Positions 10,049 to 20,435 of a DNA stretch of 64,000 bases are shown piece by piece; within the stretch, counting starts at the first letter, position 1, and each line of letters opens with the position of its first letter. The position numbers and the translations under genes were made by a program. Below the pieces are notes generated by a model. It had not been told where the DNA came from. It saw nothing but the letters and a program-made list of their open reading frames with translations, and did no database searches. The stretch is from Nitrosopumilus sp. Lineage in GTDB: Archaea > Thermoproteota > Nitrososphaeria > Nitrososphaerales > Nitrosopumilaceae. The DNA is taken from assembly GCA_965204345.1 (NCBI GenBank), contig OZ241981.1:1568001-1632000 (forward strand). Direction: 5' to 3'.

Positions 10049-10242
10049 TTTAGATCACTTTTACTGATTTAGATCCTCAAGTATGGGATCGATCACTTCT
10101 GTTAACAATTTGGTGAGATCATTTGATCCTAACTGAATTTGAGACTGATCGCACCTGTTTTGCCCCAAAGTCTGATTTTAAGATATGCCATATCATAATA
10201 ACCAATTCGGATTTATTAATGGGACTCAGCTTTTGATCTCAT
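10049..10242. promoter_or_regulatory. Divergent gins-mcm-hel308 / rfcS promoter region with a GATC cluster
   Basis: GATC at 10053, 10072, 10087, 10091, 10117, 10125, 10147 and 10235; TATA-like TTTATTAA near 10212 upstream of rfcS. Confidence 0.7.
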
Positions 10243-11193
10243 ATGGCTGCAACAGGCATGTGGGTAGAAAAGTATAGGCCAACAAAACTCTCTGAGATGG
10301 TAAATCAAACCGAGGTGATCGGCAGTCTGGAGGCCTTGATCAAGGATCCAACTGACATGCCACACCTGATGTTTTCAGGTTCTGCCGGAGTTGGAAAAAC
10401 AACCACTGCATTGTGTCTCTCAAGACAAGTCTTGGGAGAGTATGCCAAAGACTACACGCTAGAGCTAAACGCCTCTGATGAAAGGGGAATTGGCATGGTA
10501 AGGGAAAAAGTCAAAAAGTTTTCAAGATTTGCAGGAATGGCCGATGTGCCATTTAAGATCATAATTTTGGATGAGGCAGACGAGATGACAGGGGATGCCC
10601 AAACAGCATTAAGGAGAATAATTGAGGACACTGCAAAAATTTGCAGGTTTATCTTTATTGCAAATAACATTTCAAAGATTATCGACCCAATTCAAAGCAG
10701 ATGTGCTGTCTTTAAATTCATATCCGTTTCTGAGGAGGACATTATTGGCAGGCTAGAAGAGATTGCCAAAAAGGAAAAAATAAAGACTGACAAAAAAGGA
10801 CTCAAGGCAATTTATGAGTATTCAGAAGGGGACCTGAGACATGCAATTAATCTCATGCAGGCAACTGCAAGTCTTGGTGGAATTACCGAAGAGAACGTAA
10901 AGTCATCAGCCGGACTAACAAAGACTAGTGACGTTGATAAAGTTCTCGAAACTGCATTATCTGGCAAAGTTGCAGAGGCCAGAGAGAAGATGATAGAGCT
11001 AATCAAGGTTTATGGAATGTCAGAATCTGATTTTCTAAAGTATCTAAACTCTGCGGTATTCAAGTCAAAACATGCCAAACTTGGAGACATTCTGGAGGTA
11101 ATTGCAAAGTATGATTATAGGGTACTAGTCGGAGCAAATTCTGAGATTCAGCTGTCTGCAATGCTGGCAGAACTAGCCAAGATAGAGAATTAG
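10243..11193 (+). CDS. rfcS: Replication factor C small subunit
   Basis: WVEKYRP, GSAGVGKTT, ELNASDERG, LDEADEM, SRC motif, GDLRHAIN. Confidence 0.96.
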   Translation: MAATGMWVEKYRPTKLSEMVNQTEVIGSLEALIKDPTDMPHLMFSGSAGVGKTTTALCLSRQVLGEYAKDYTLELNASDERGIGMVREKVKKFSRFAGMADVPFKIIILDEADEMTGDAQTALRRIIEDTAKICRFIFIANNISKIIDPIQSRCAVFKFISVSEEDIIGRLEEIAKKEKIKTDKKGLKAIYEYSEGDLRHAINLMQATASLGGITEENVKSSAGLTKTSDVDKVLETALSGKVAEAREKMIELIKVYGMSESDFLKYLNSAVFKSKHAKLGDILEVIAKYDYRVLVGANSEIQLSAMLAELAKIEN

Positions 11194-11269
11194 AAAAATG
11201 CAGACTAGAAGTCTTTTGTCTGCCCACAGACAACAAATCAGCATGTTTTGGAGCTAACCATAAAGTGGT

Positions 11270-11566
11270 TCACACAGGCATCAGGTTTTTGTCTTTCTGC
11301 ATTTGTCTATAGGACTGAAAATAGTCAGAACCGGTAATGCGCATGAACACCCAAGATCTCAAAATCTTTTCTTGATTCGTGCCTGTCCTAACACTTGATT
11401 TTAAGGCAAGAAATGCTTGTAAAATCCTGACTAGTGTGATTCCATCAGCCTTTTGCCATCTTGTGCATTTATCAGCATCTTTTTGAGTATCAAAAAATCC
11501 CATTTTGATACATTGTATCTGTTCTTTGCATTTAGCAAATAGGGATTCAAACACAGAATATTCCAA
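11270..11566 (-). CDS. Hypothetical protein (uncertain)
   Basis: 98-aa ORF in an otherwise empty gap, with no recognisable motif. Confidence 0.3.
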   Translation of the reverse strand: MEYSVFESLFAKCKEQIQCIKMGFFDTQKDADKCTRWQKADGITLVRILQAFLALKSSVRTGTNQEKILRSWVFMRITGSDYFQSYRQMQKDKNLMPV

Positions 11567-11592
11567 CCCTTTTTTTGCATTAATTTTTTATT

Positions 11593-11847
11593 TTGTTATT
11601 GTCTGGAAAAAGTGTGGCGTTAAAATGGTCAAAATTTCATTTCTATGATTGGATTCCGATGGTTGTCCGGCTACAGTCTGTCAAGGATAGTGATTGGCAG
11701 CAAACTCGCAAATCCATGCTTAAAACAACTTTGAAATTCAAATATGACACATTGGAAAAGTGGCTTGAACAAAACAAATACTCTGAAAAATCTAAAGTTC
11801 AGACTCAACATTACGTACAGGCATTAAGACGGAGCGGCCTGCTTTAG
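11593..11847 (+). CDS. Small basic hypothetical protein
   Basis: 84-aa ORF with protein-like composition (Trp-rich, ends VQTQHYVQALRRSGLL); stop overlaps the convergent gene. Start uncertain. Confidence 0.6.
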   Translation: MLLSGKSVALKWSKFHFYDWIPMVVRLQSVKDSDWQQTRKSMLKTTLKFKYDTLEKWLEQNKYSEKSKVQTQHYVQALRRSGLL

Positions 11848-13184
11848 TAATTTGATTTGTTTAGATACTCCATAATCTTTGGATGACACAAGATTGAGCT
11901 GTGTGCTGCCGAATCAGTCCCAATGCCATAGCTAACTGTAGAATCCCCCACAAAATACAGTCCTTTGATTTTGCTTACTTTATGCGGCATTTTTTGCTTC
12001 CAAACCATTCCCGGTTCTTTTACCACTGCCTCTACCAGTTTCCATGCCATTGGACGCTCCCAAAGCAAGGAATCCTCAAAATTGGGATAAATTTCAGATA
12101 TCTCCTTTCTCATTTTTTCGCTTACCTCCTTGATCTTTGATGGGCTTTCAGTATATTCTGATGGGACAGGGGTTCCGGCCATCAGGAGGTGCTGTCCCGG
12201 AGGAGAAACTTTTGGGGTTATGTTTGTTATGAAAAAAATCCCTTTTGCAGTATAATCCCCAACTGGAAACACCACCTGTCTTGTGTCTATCCTCTCAGAA
12301 GTACAAAAATGAGTCTCAATAACAGATGTTGTCTTGTTTAGTTTTTCTATCTGCTCTAACATCTTTTTATCAAAGACTCCCTCATCAAAAAGCTGCTTTA
12401 CTGCCAGATATGCCGGATACGAAACGACTACGCAATCAGATTTTATGAGCTTGTTGTTACTGTCAATAACTCCTTCCACTCTGTTATCCTTGATCAGAAT
12501 CTTCTTAATCGGCGTGCTAAGGTTGACCCTGTTTCCGTTTTCCTGTATGTATCTTGATAGTATTTCTGATATCCTGTCATATCCACCTTCGTCCGGGTAG
12601 GCAAATTCGCTAGTTCCTCCCTTGAATGGATTTGCCCTAATCATGGTCCTCGTGAATTCTCCCAAGGAAATATGCTCTGGCGTGTCTGCAAAGGCAAGCA
12701 TACAGACTGCATCAAAAAAGGATCTTGTGCTGTGATCTAATTTTTCTGTCAAGTCAACTAATGATCTGTTGTCATTTTTTTCAGCCTTGTCCATAGATGA
12801 GAAAGCCATAGGAAGCAAAATACGCAAAAGTTTCAGCCTACTCTTAAATGGTATTAGTGACAATCCAAAAATATCAGAAATTCCTTTGGGATACTTGAAG
12901 AATCCTTGTCCGTTATAAAATGCAATATCGTCTACTATGGCAAGTTTTAGTCTGGAAACAATATCAACCTGTTCAAGAATCTGGTATACTGCTGATGTTT
13001 TGTAAAAAGGCATAATGTGAAATCCGTTATCCAAAATGTGGTTGCGAAACACCGAACATGCGGTCCTGCCTCCGGGCTTGGAGGATTTTTCAAATATCTG
13101 TACAGATATGTTGTCTTTTGTAAGCAGAGCTCCAGTTGATAATCCACTAATGCCTGCACCTATTATTGCCACTTTTTTTAACAA
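11844..13184 (-). CDS. FAD-dependent oxidoreductase, phytoene desaturase/amine oxidase family
   Basis: IIGAGISGL...FEKSSKPGGR dinucleotide fold, DNGFH, and C-terminal GLYFVGDS...GIG. Confidence 0.85.
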   Translation of the reverse strand: MLKKVAIIGAGISGLSTGALLTKDNISVQIFEKSSKPGGRTACSVFRNHILDNGFHIMPFYKTSAVYQILEQVDIVSRLKLAIVDDIAFYNGQGFFKYPKGISDIFGLSLIPFKSRLKLLRILLPMAFSSMDKAEKNDNRSLVDLTEKLDHSTRSFFDAVCMLAFADTPEHISLGEFTRTMIRANPFKGGTSEFAYPDEGGYDRISEILSRYIQENGNRVNLSTPIKKILIKDNRVEGVIDSNNKLIKSDCVVVSYPAYLAVKQLFDEGVFDKKMLEQIEKLNKTTSVIETHFCTSERIDTRQVVFPVGDYTAKGIFFITNITPKVSPPGQHLLMAGTPVPSEYTESPSKIKEVSEKMRKEISEIYPNFEDSLLWERPMAWKLVEAVVKEPGMVWKQKMPHKVSKIKGLYFVGDSTVSYGIGTDSAAHSSILCHPKIMEYLNKSNY

Positions 13185-13612
13185 TTCTACAAATTCTCAA
13201 CTATGCACTTTTTTAAACTACCCTAGATGCAAAACAAGTTACCACTAGGTACGAGTATGCATCACCCTGAAAATCATCTGAATAAATTTTTGAATAAGTG
13301 AGAAAATGCATAATCAGAATAGACATGCCAGCTAACGATAAAACAACAGCGATAAAATTATTTTTTCAGGATTATCACTAGCAAGATGAGAAAACTCTTT
13401 TCTGGCACAAAAGAAGTACTGCCTAAAAATAGCATCCAAAATTTTATTGCTGAATTATAGTGAGGTTCTTTTGCTGTATGTGACTGGGAATCCTTGATAG
13501 TTTTGGAGAAAACTCAGGTCTGTAAACTTGACAGCCAAAACTCTATACCGCATTTCTTAACAGTGTCAACCGACAGATTTTCTCTAGCGTGTACCATCAT
13601 TAATTATAAAAA

Positions 13613-13696
13613 CGCAGAGAGAGGGATTTGAACCCCCGTATGCTTGCGCACACAGGCTCTCAAGGCCCGCGCCCTACCGAGCTAGGCGACCTCTGC
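13613..13696 (-). tRNA. tRNA-Ser (anticodon UGA), intron-less, long variable arm
   Basis: Reverse complement folds as a cloverleaf: GCAGAGG/TCTCTGC acceptor stem, CGGGC-CTTGAGA-GCCTG anticodon arm, variable arm, GGGGG-TTCAAAT-CCCTC T arm, discriminator G. Confidence 0.95.
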
Positions 13697-13769
13697 AGAA
13701 GTTCTTAGATAATAGCGATTAAAATCTGTTGAGGTAAAATAGAAAAATAAGAAAAAAGAAAAAATTTCT

Positions 13770-14318
13770 TTAATCGTGTGCGTGTGGATTTTCAGAACCG
13801 GATTTCATAATTACATATGTTCCGGCTGCTTTTTCGTGCCATTCCTGGTTAGCTGACTCGATACGGATAGCTCCTTCAGGACAAATTTCTTGACAAGCCA
13901 TACAAACTGTACAATCATGTTCTCTGATTGGCTGGGATTTGTCTGTATAATCTAATCTCTCATCCTGTTCTGTCAAGCCAGTACCGTCAAAAGTCTCTCC
14001 CATTGCTTTGTCTGCTGGGATGTCTTTTTCGGTTCTGTACCATTGGAATGTTTGAACTGGACATACACTCATGCATGAACCAGCTGCAACACATGAATCC
14101 CAATCGACTGCAACAGTAGTGCCATGAATTCCAAGAGGAACTTGTTCCTCTCCTCGTTCTGCATAGGCTGCTTTTACATCGTCGTTTGAGAATGCTGCAC
14201 CATCTGATCTTCCGTCACCCCAGATATAATGAAAATTTTCACCATCTGAATGGTTAGTTTGGCCTTTTGGCTTTACGTCATTGTGACAAAAGTCTTCAGG
14301 GATTTGTAGATCTGCCAT
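13770..14318 (-). CDS. Dicluster Fe-S ferredoxin (Zfx-like), paralog 2
   Basis: CVAAGSCMSVCP and CTVCMACQEICP motifs; [12 protein letters not shown] resembles archaeal zinc-containing ferredoxins. Confidence 0.9.
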   Translation of the reverse strand: MADLQIPEDFCHNDVKPKGQTNHSDGENFHYIWGDGRSDGAAFSNDDVKAAYAERGEEQVPLGIHGTTVAVDWDSCVAAGSCMSVCPVQTFQWYRTEKDIPADKAMGETFDGTGLTEQDERLDYTDKSQPIREHDCTVCMACQEICPEGAIRIESANQEWHEKAAGTYVIMKSGSENPHAHD

Positions 14319-14348
14319 ACATACATTATTTCAGAATATTATTTAAAG

Positions 14349-14416
14349 CTAGACAAAATTAGTCGAGACTAAATCAAAAATAAATAGAAAAATCATTAGT
14401 CTCTAGGTTTGTCTAG
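14349..14416. repeat. Nested inverted repeats between the ferredoxin genes
   Basis: CTAGACAAA (14349) / TTTGTCTAG (14408); GAGACTAA (14365) / TTAGTCTC (14396); internal palindrome TTAGTC-GA-GACTAA (14359-14372). Confidence 0.7.
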
Positions 14417-14419
14417 ATT

Positions 14420-14941
<522 letters not shown>

Positions 14942-15058
14942 TTACAGTTATTATTTAAATCTAGAGAGCTTGGTTTCTGCCAAACAGGCAAATGATCGAT
15001 CAATTAGGAACGAAAAATTTCCTTACGTTCATAACGATCAAGGTATAATTCTCCGGAT

Positions 15059-15724
15059 ATGGATATTATAAAGTATAATGTGTATAGGGGGCCAAACCTT
15101 GGAGTGTACATTACAGTTAATGACAGTATTGGGCTAGTCCCGATGGGATTTGCAGAAAGCAAAGCCGAGAAACTTGCAGAATATATGAACATTGAAATTC
15201 ATTATACGGCAGTTGCAAATACCCGGCTGATTGGCGCACTAGCAGTAATGAACAACAAAGGAATCTTGCTGCCTAGCACTGCATATCAAGACGAGTATGA
15301 TTATTTGAAGAAAGAGACTGACTTGGAGGTTGGTGTCTTAGATACAAAGTTTAACGCGTTAGGAAACGTGATCTGTGCAAATGACAAAGGGGCAGTGGCC
15401 TCTCCATGGCTTTCAAAAGACGATTGCAGTACCATATCTGATGTCTTGGGCGTTGAGGTAATTCAGAAAAAGATTGCCGGACACAACCAGACAGGTGTGG
15501 TGCTAGTTGCAAATAATTCAGGCGCTGCAATTCATCCGGAAACTGACGAGGAGGACATGAAGGTTATATCCAACACTCTAGGCGTAAAAGTAGAGCAGAG
15601 CTCAATTAACAACGGCATTCCATATGTGTCATCGGGAATTCTGGCAAACAACCACTGTCTGGTGGTGGGTTCACTGACTACCGGCCCTGAGATTATGATG
15701 CTGACTAGGGCGTTTCTAAATTAA
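15059..15724 (+). CDS. eif6: Translation initiation factor 6 (aIF6)
   Basis: PNLGVY, RLIGAL, ALGNVICANDKGA, SINNGIPYVSSGILAN, TTGPE. Confidence 0.93.
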   Translation: MDIIKYNVYRGPNLGVYITVNDSIGLVPMGFAESKAEKLAEYMNIEIHYTAVANTRLIGALAVMNNKGILLPSTAYQDEYDYLKKETDLEVGVLDTKFNALGNVICANDKGAVASPWLSKDDCSTISDVLGVEVIQKKIAGHNQTGVVLVANNSGAAIHPETDEEDMKVISNTLGVKVEQSSINNGIPYVSSGILANNHCLVVGSLTTGPEIMMLTRAFLN

Positions 15725-16988
15725 GAACGGACCTTGGGTCTTCTGTTAGCTTTTCAATTGAGACAGTTCCTTCAGTCCCAGTACTCATGTCTTTGAGCAC
15801 GGCATTCCCGTTTTCTAGCTCTTGCGGTCCGACAATTATTGCAAATCTTGCGTCTGTTGCAATATCCATCTGCTTTTTCATGTTACGTCCTGCCAGGTCA
15901 ATGTCAGTTGGAATGTTGTTTAGACGCAGCAATGATGCGATGGAGTGAGCTACCTTCTGCATTTCATTATTGATGTACAGCACTGCAACCCTCTTTTGCG
16001 CTGTTTCTGGAATTATTTTCTGCTCTTGCATTGCTAGTATGATTCTCTCTACCCCTCCTGCAACCCCCGTTGCGCCAATGTCCTCTCTGTTAAATGCCCT
16101 AGTCAGTGCGTCATATCTGCCACCGCCTGCCAGTGCGCCTAGTGTGGAGTTTTTATCAAAGACCTCAAAAACGATACCTGAATAGTAATCCAGTCCCCTA
16201 ACTATGCCGAAATTAATTCTGACATTTGAGACTCCCCTGTTGCTTAGTGAGTCTACTAGCTGTTTTAGTTCGTCCCATGACTCTAGCTGCGCTGTATCAA
16301 ATGAATCCTCCACTTCTGCCACTGTTCCTTTGATCTGTGAGAACTCTAGAACTTTTTCCAGCTTGCCAGTTTCATATCCTTTTGACTCAAACTCTTTTAG
16401 AATTTGCTCCTTGGATTTTTTTGCAATCTTGTCTACTGCCCTTAGAATGTCTGCAACCAGTCCGGGTTCCTTTGAATCAAATATTTTATTGATGTACGAC
16501 TCTGCGAGATTGCGGTGATTGACGTCAATTGTAATGTCCTTGAGCAGCAGCGAATCAAATAATCGCGATGTAATCTCTATTATCTCAGACTCTGATTCGA
16601 GGCCGGCCTTTCCATAAACTTCGATATCCCACTGGTGAAAGTATCGATATCTTCCTTTTTGTGGTTCGTCATATCGGAACACTCCGCCAAATGCTGAGAT
16701 TTTGGCTGGCAGCCTCATTGATTTTTGAGCCGCTGCATATCTTGTTAGTCCCATTGTAAAGTCAAAACGCAGTGCCACCTCTCTGTCTCCCTTGTCTTTG
16801 AAATAGTAAATCTCGTCTCTGATTCCGGGGCCTGACTTGGTTTCCAGGGTGGTTAGCAGCTCAATTGGAGATGGATCCATAAATGAAAATCCGTACAGAT
16901 TTGATAATCTCTTGAAATGACTTCTTACGTGCTCGATGCCTGCGTTTTCTTTAGCCTCAAAGTCCTTCATTCCGCGCGGCAGTTCCAA
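15705..16988 (-). CDS. hisS: Histidine-tRNA ligase
   Basis: LPRGMKDF, LRFDFT, FRYDEPQKGRYRYFHQ, RGLDYYSG, GGGRYD. Confidence 0.96.
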   Translation of the reverse strand: MELPRGMKDFEAKENAGIEHVRSHFKRLSNLYGFSFMDPSPIELLTTLETKSGPGIRDEIYYFKDKGDREVALRFDFTMGLTRYAAAQKSMRLPAKISAFGGVFRYDEPQKGRYRYFHQWDIEVYGKAGLESESEIIEITSRLFDSLLLKDITIDVNHRNLAESYINKIFDSKEPGLVADILRAVDKIAKKSKEQILKEFESKGYETGKLEKVLEFSQIKGTVAEVEDSFDTAQLESWDELKQLVDSLSNRGVSNVRINFGIVRGLDYYSGIVFEVFDKNSTLGALAGGGRYDALTRAFNREDIGATGVAGGVERIILAMQEQKIIPETAQKRVAVLYINNEMQKVAHSIASLLRLNNIPTDIDLAGRNMKKQMDIATDARFAIIVGPQELENGNAVLKDMSTGTEGTVSIEKLTEDPRSVLNLETP

Positions 16989-17107
16989 GATAATTTCTCA
17001 TCAAATGATTATGATTTAGATATTTCTCTAGTGTGTGCGTATATGTGCAGTTGATCAGTATATCACAAACATTAAGATTTATAGAATAAAGTGATCACCT
17101 GTATTGA

Positions 17108-17851
17108 TTGTCTGATAAGATACTGCCTGATGAGAATTCTGACTATAGCTTGCCTGGTAGAATGGAGGAGAGTAATTCTGCATATTTTGGACCTGGACCA
17201 CAAATAGAGGAAAGAGAGGATGATGTGCCCAAATCAAAAAGCAAGGCATTGGCAATTGCATCAGTTGTCTTTGTGTTGATATCTGCAGGATTTTTTTCAT
17301 ATTATTTCTTGAATCAGAACCAAATCGATGCAGGGATCTTGGATAATGATGCCTTTAAGACACTAGAAGAGAAGATGGTGAGCCATTATGGCGTGAGATC
17401 GTATGGCAGTGATCATGCACATGCTGCACTAGCTGTTTTTGTGGAGAATGAAAGGATAGACTTTGGCCTGGAGCAGTTTCAGCTTCGAAGCAAGTACATC
17501 CATTTTGAGAATCACAACCCATATCAGATTCACAAGCATGCAACTAATGTTCCATTGCACATGCTATTTGCATCAATAGGAATGGAAATTACGCCTCAAT
17601 GCATAGAGTTCTACGATAGAGTGGATTCGAGGATGTACTGTAGTGATTCGGAGAATTCTTTGGTGTTTCTGATTAACGGGGAACAGCATTCAGATATTAC
17701 CACATATGAAATAAAACACAATGACAGAATCCTGATATCCTTTGGAGATTACGAGTCAGTTTCTGCACAGCTGGGATTTTTAGAGTCACTGGAAATTCAT
17801 GATGTTCCAAAAAGAAATCAGCTAGTGCCGGGACAAGACATCTCAGTTTGA
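17108..17851 (+). CDS. Membrane-anchored hypothetical protein with His-rich motifs
   Basis: Single TM helix followed by DHAHAALAVFV, YIHFENH and IHKHA. Confidence 0.75.
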   Translation: MSDKILPDENSDYSLPGRMEESNSAYFGPGPQIEEREDDVPKSKSKALAIASVVFVLISAGFFSYYFLNQNQIDAGILDNDAFKTLEEKMVSHYGVRSYGSDHAHAALAVFVENERIDFGLEQFQLRSKYIHFENHNPYQIHKHATNVPLHMLFASIGMEITPQCIEFYDRVDSRMYCSDSENSLVFLINGEQHSDITTYEIKHNDRILISFGDYESVSAQLGFLESLEIHDVPKRNQLVPGQDISV

Positions 17852-18016
17852 GTTTGCAAGTTCCAATGGCATAATTCTCATGCTTTGGAATCTTTTACAT
17901 TACATTTGTGAATCCTGATAAAATACTCGCTGGAGGGATGGATTCTCTCATAGATGAAAATGCTGACTGGGGAAAAAACGTAAAAGAGATTAAAGCCAAA
18001 GATTAGGGTTGGAGAA

Positions 18017-18568
18017 ATGAAGCCGATAATAGTTTTTGCAATAACAATTCCAATTGTTGCTGCTGTTGTGGTGGCATTTTCCGTGTTTTTAGTGCCGCCA
18101 ATGGGGCAGCAAAATTTTGAGGAGGACACACATGAGAATCAACATGAAGATGCCGCATGGCAATCACTACAAAAAATGCAGGGTGAATCTGTGGTTTCTG
18201 CAAAGTGCTCAGGCACTCAGAGATGCATCTTGGGAGTTGTAACTGACATCATTGATGGGGATACCATACGAGTCGGTGGGGAATCAGTTCGTTTTGCGCT
18301 ATCATCAGCTCCGGAACTTGATGAAACAAGAGGAACGGAGGCAAGGGAATTCATTGGTGCTATCTGTCCTCCGGGCTCTGATGTTACAGTCGATCAGGAT
18401 GACTTGCAGCCTGTTGACAGGTATGGCAGAGTGCTCGGTGTGATTTACTGCAATGACGTGAATCTTAATGAAAGATTGCTAGAATCCGGATGGGGCTATC
18501 TTTCATCACAGTTTTGCAGTACAAGTGAGTTTGAAAATGCTTCATGGGCTCAGAAATACGGATGCTAG
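18017..18568 (+). CDS. Secreted/membrane-anchored thermonuclease (SNase family)
   Basis: N-terminal TM, IIDGDTI, VRFALSSAPE, DRYGRVLG, NLNERLLESG. Confidence 0.88.
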   Translation: MKPIIVFAITIPIVAAVVVAFSVFLVPPMGQQNFEEDTHENQHEDAAWQSLQKMQGESVVSAKCSGTQRCILGVVTDIIDGDTIRVGGESVRFALSSAPELDETRGTEAREFIGAICPPGSDVTVDQDDLQPVDRYGRVLGVIYCNDVNLNERLLESGWGYLSSQFCSTSEFENASWAQKYGC

Positions 18569-18623
18569 CCTCTTTTTGGGACACTAGAACATGGAATAAA
18601 TATCTCTGAGAAAATTGCACATT

Positions 18624-18803
18624 ATGACAAAAAGCATCAGTTGTTCAGATGCAGGAAAAGACTGTGGATGGTCTGCAACTGCAGAATCTGAAGAAGAGTT
18701 GATGAGGCAGGTTACAGAGCATGTTCTATCTGATCATAAGGAAATTGATATAAATGATGATGGTAACGTTGCCCAAATCAAAGCACTCATCAAAGAAGTT
18801 TAA
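18624..18803 (+). CDS. DUF1059-like small metal-binding protein
   Basis: SCSDAGKDCGWSATAESEEELMRQVTEH...H pattern; ATG at 18624 preferred. Confidence 0.8.
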   Translation: MTKSISCSDAGKDCGWSATAESEEELMRQVTEHVLSDHKEIDINDDGNVAQIKALIKEV

Positions 18804-18825
18804 ATTTCTATAACTAGGCCAAGAT

Positions 18826-19035
18826 ATGCCACATTTTTTTGATGTTAATTTTGATCTTGTATTGAGTTCTAGCCCACGTTTAACACATGATATACTTGAA
18901 GAGAATGTATACGTAATAAAATTTTGGTCTAGGCCTCAAGAACCATTAGATATAAGATCAGAACTTGTTGAATCTGGCAAATCTTTGAAAACAAATTCTA
19001 AAAAAATGGTGGGTCATATTCAAAAAATAAAATAG
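18826..19035 (+). CDS. Small hypothetical protein (uncertain)
   Basis: 69-aa ATG ORF at the edge of the AT-rich region, no motif. Confidence 0.35.
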   Translation: MPHFFDVNFDLVLSSSPRLTHDILEENVYVIKFWSRPQEPLDIRSELVESGKSLKTNSKKMVGHIQKIK

Positions 19036-19102
19036 TAACACGACAGAATAAAGCTTACAGGTTATCTTTTGAGTATCACTTGCACTTGATCCAACTAGTC
19101 TT

Positions 19103-20242
19103 TTAGATTAAACAAGCAACTACTATTTCAACCAGTTCTGAATCAGATTCATATGGTAATTTTACAGTAGTAAAACTAGGTGTTTTGCTAATTTCTTCAT
19201 ATTCTTCTACTTCCATGCCGTCAACTAAATAAAAGAAATAGTGAGAATCTGCAATTCCGTTGAATTCAATACAATAGTCTTTAAACATATTAGACTCAAT
19301 GGATGGAAGCGTTACCACCAAATTCCCTTCCTCTTTTGTAGGTGTTAGAGATACATTCAAAACATAATCCTCAATCACATATCCTGCATCTGAATAAATC
19401 TCAACAGAGTCAACTATTCCTTCATTTGTTTGATATGTAATGTGATGATAGTCCCCATCATAAAAAACGGATGTGGTAACCTGTGGTGCGTCATATTCTG
19501 AATATAACACAGTATCCCAGCTTAGGTGTTTTGCGGTTTCAAAGTAAACACAGGCCCAATTAGAATTAGGCCGTAAAACAAGTACGTGCTCGGGATTAGG
19601 GCAAGTGAGAGGTTCACCTACTTGCCTGTCCTCTAAAATTTCCTTTAGTGTATGATGGAAATGCCATGTTGAGTTTGTTAAAACCATTTTTTCAAAGATG
19701 GTTTCCACATCTACATCAGCTGAATTTTCTAATTCTGTGATAAATGCATCTCTGTTTCCTGCATAACTGCTAGTCTCAAAGTCATCAGGATCAACCATAA
19801 CTATCATCTTTCTGTATTTGTTGTCTGGAAATACATCATAAACACCATTTTTGTTCAGATAATTCCCAGTCAAGGTCTCCAAAGCATTATCAAAGATTGC
19901 CTGTGTCTCCTCATTCAATATGTAAGACTCGATATTCAATTTTTCAACTTCAGCTGCCTTTTTCCATAATCTGTCGTTTTCTGCCTTTTTGTCTTTGATT
20001 CGTTTTTCAATCTTTATGATATCCGCACTAGATAATTTTGATTTATCTTTTAGTTTTTTGCTATCCTCTTCAATTGATTCCTTGTTATCCCAAATCTTTG
20101 CGAGGATCTCCTCATACAGAGATACATAGTCTGTCATGTCTGATTCTTTCTTTGCTTCTGAAAGTTGTATGCCACTAAATGGCAAAATCATTGTAGCAAT
20201 CAAGGATGCAAACAGTATTGTTTTTGCGTTTTTTGCAATCAT
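19103..20242 (-). CDS. Secreted mosaic hypothetical protein
   Basis: Signal peptide KTILFASLIATMILPFSG, coiled coil, CPNPEHVLVLRPNSNWACV module, and a C-terminal domain resembling that of the PEFG-CTERM proteins. Confidence 0.8.
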   Translation of the reverse strand: MIAKNAKTILFASLIATMILPFSGIQLSEAKKESDMTDYVSLYEEILAKIWDNKESIEEDSKKLKDKSKLSSADIIKIEKRIKDKKAENDRLWKKAAEVEKLNIESYILNEETQAIFDNALETLTGNYLNKNGVYDVFPDNKYRKMIVMVDPDDFETSSYAGNRDAFITELENSADVDVETIFEKMVLTNSTWHFHHTLKEILEDRQVGEPLTCPNPEHVLVLRPNSNWACVYFETAKHLSWDTVLYSEYDAPQVTTSVFYDGDYHHITYQTNEGIVDSVEIYSDAGYVIEDYVLNVSLTPTKEEGNLVVTLPSIESNMFKDYCIEFNGIADSHYFFYLVDGMEVEEYEEISKTPSFTTVKLPYESDSELVEIVVACLI

Positions 20243-20435
20243 TACTACATGTTATATGCGTACATTACCTAAAAATTGATATTGATTTGCAACATGATTT
20301 TTCATTATACAATATTTTAATTTTTTTGCAGCATACAGTGGAACTCATTCAATAAAGATGATGCTGAATTTTGCAGTGCTGTAAAATGTGGAATATCTGG
20401 TACTGTATGAAATGCAATCAAGATCTAAAATTAAC

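Noticed and set aside
10049-10242. Canonical Orc1/Cdc6 replication origin
   Set aside because: No ORB elements with G-strings and no cdc6/orc1 gene nearby; kept only as a GATC-cluster finding.
5327-11193. Inteins in Hel308, MCM or RFC (also checked for RpoA/B)
   Set aside because: Protein lengths are normal and the conserved motifs are uninterrupted.
11194-11210. att duplication of the tRNA-Ser 3' end
   Set aside because: Only AAAAA(T/C)GCAGA matches, which is too short and low in complexity.
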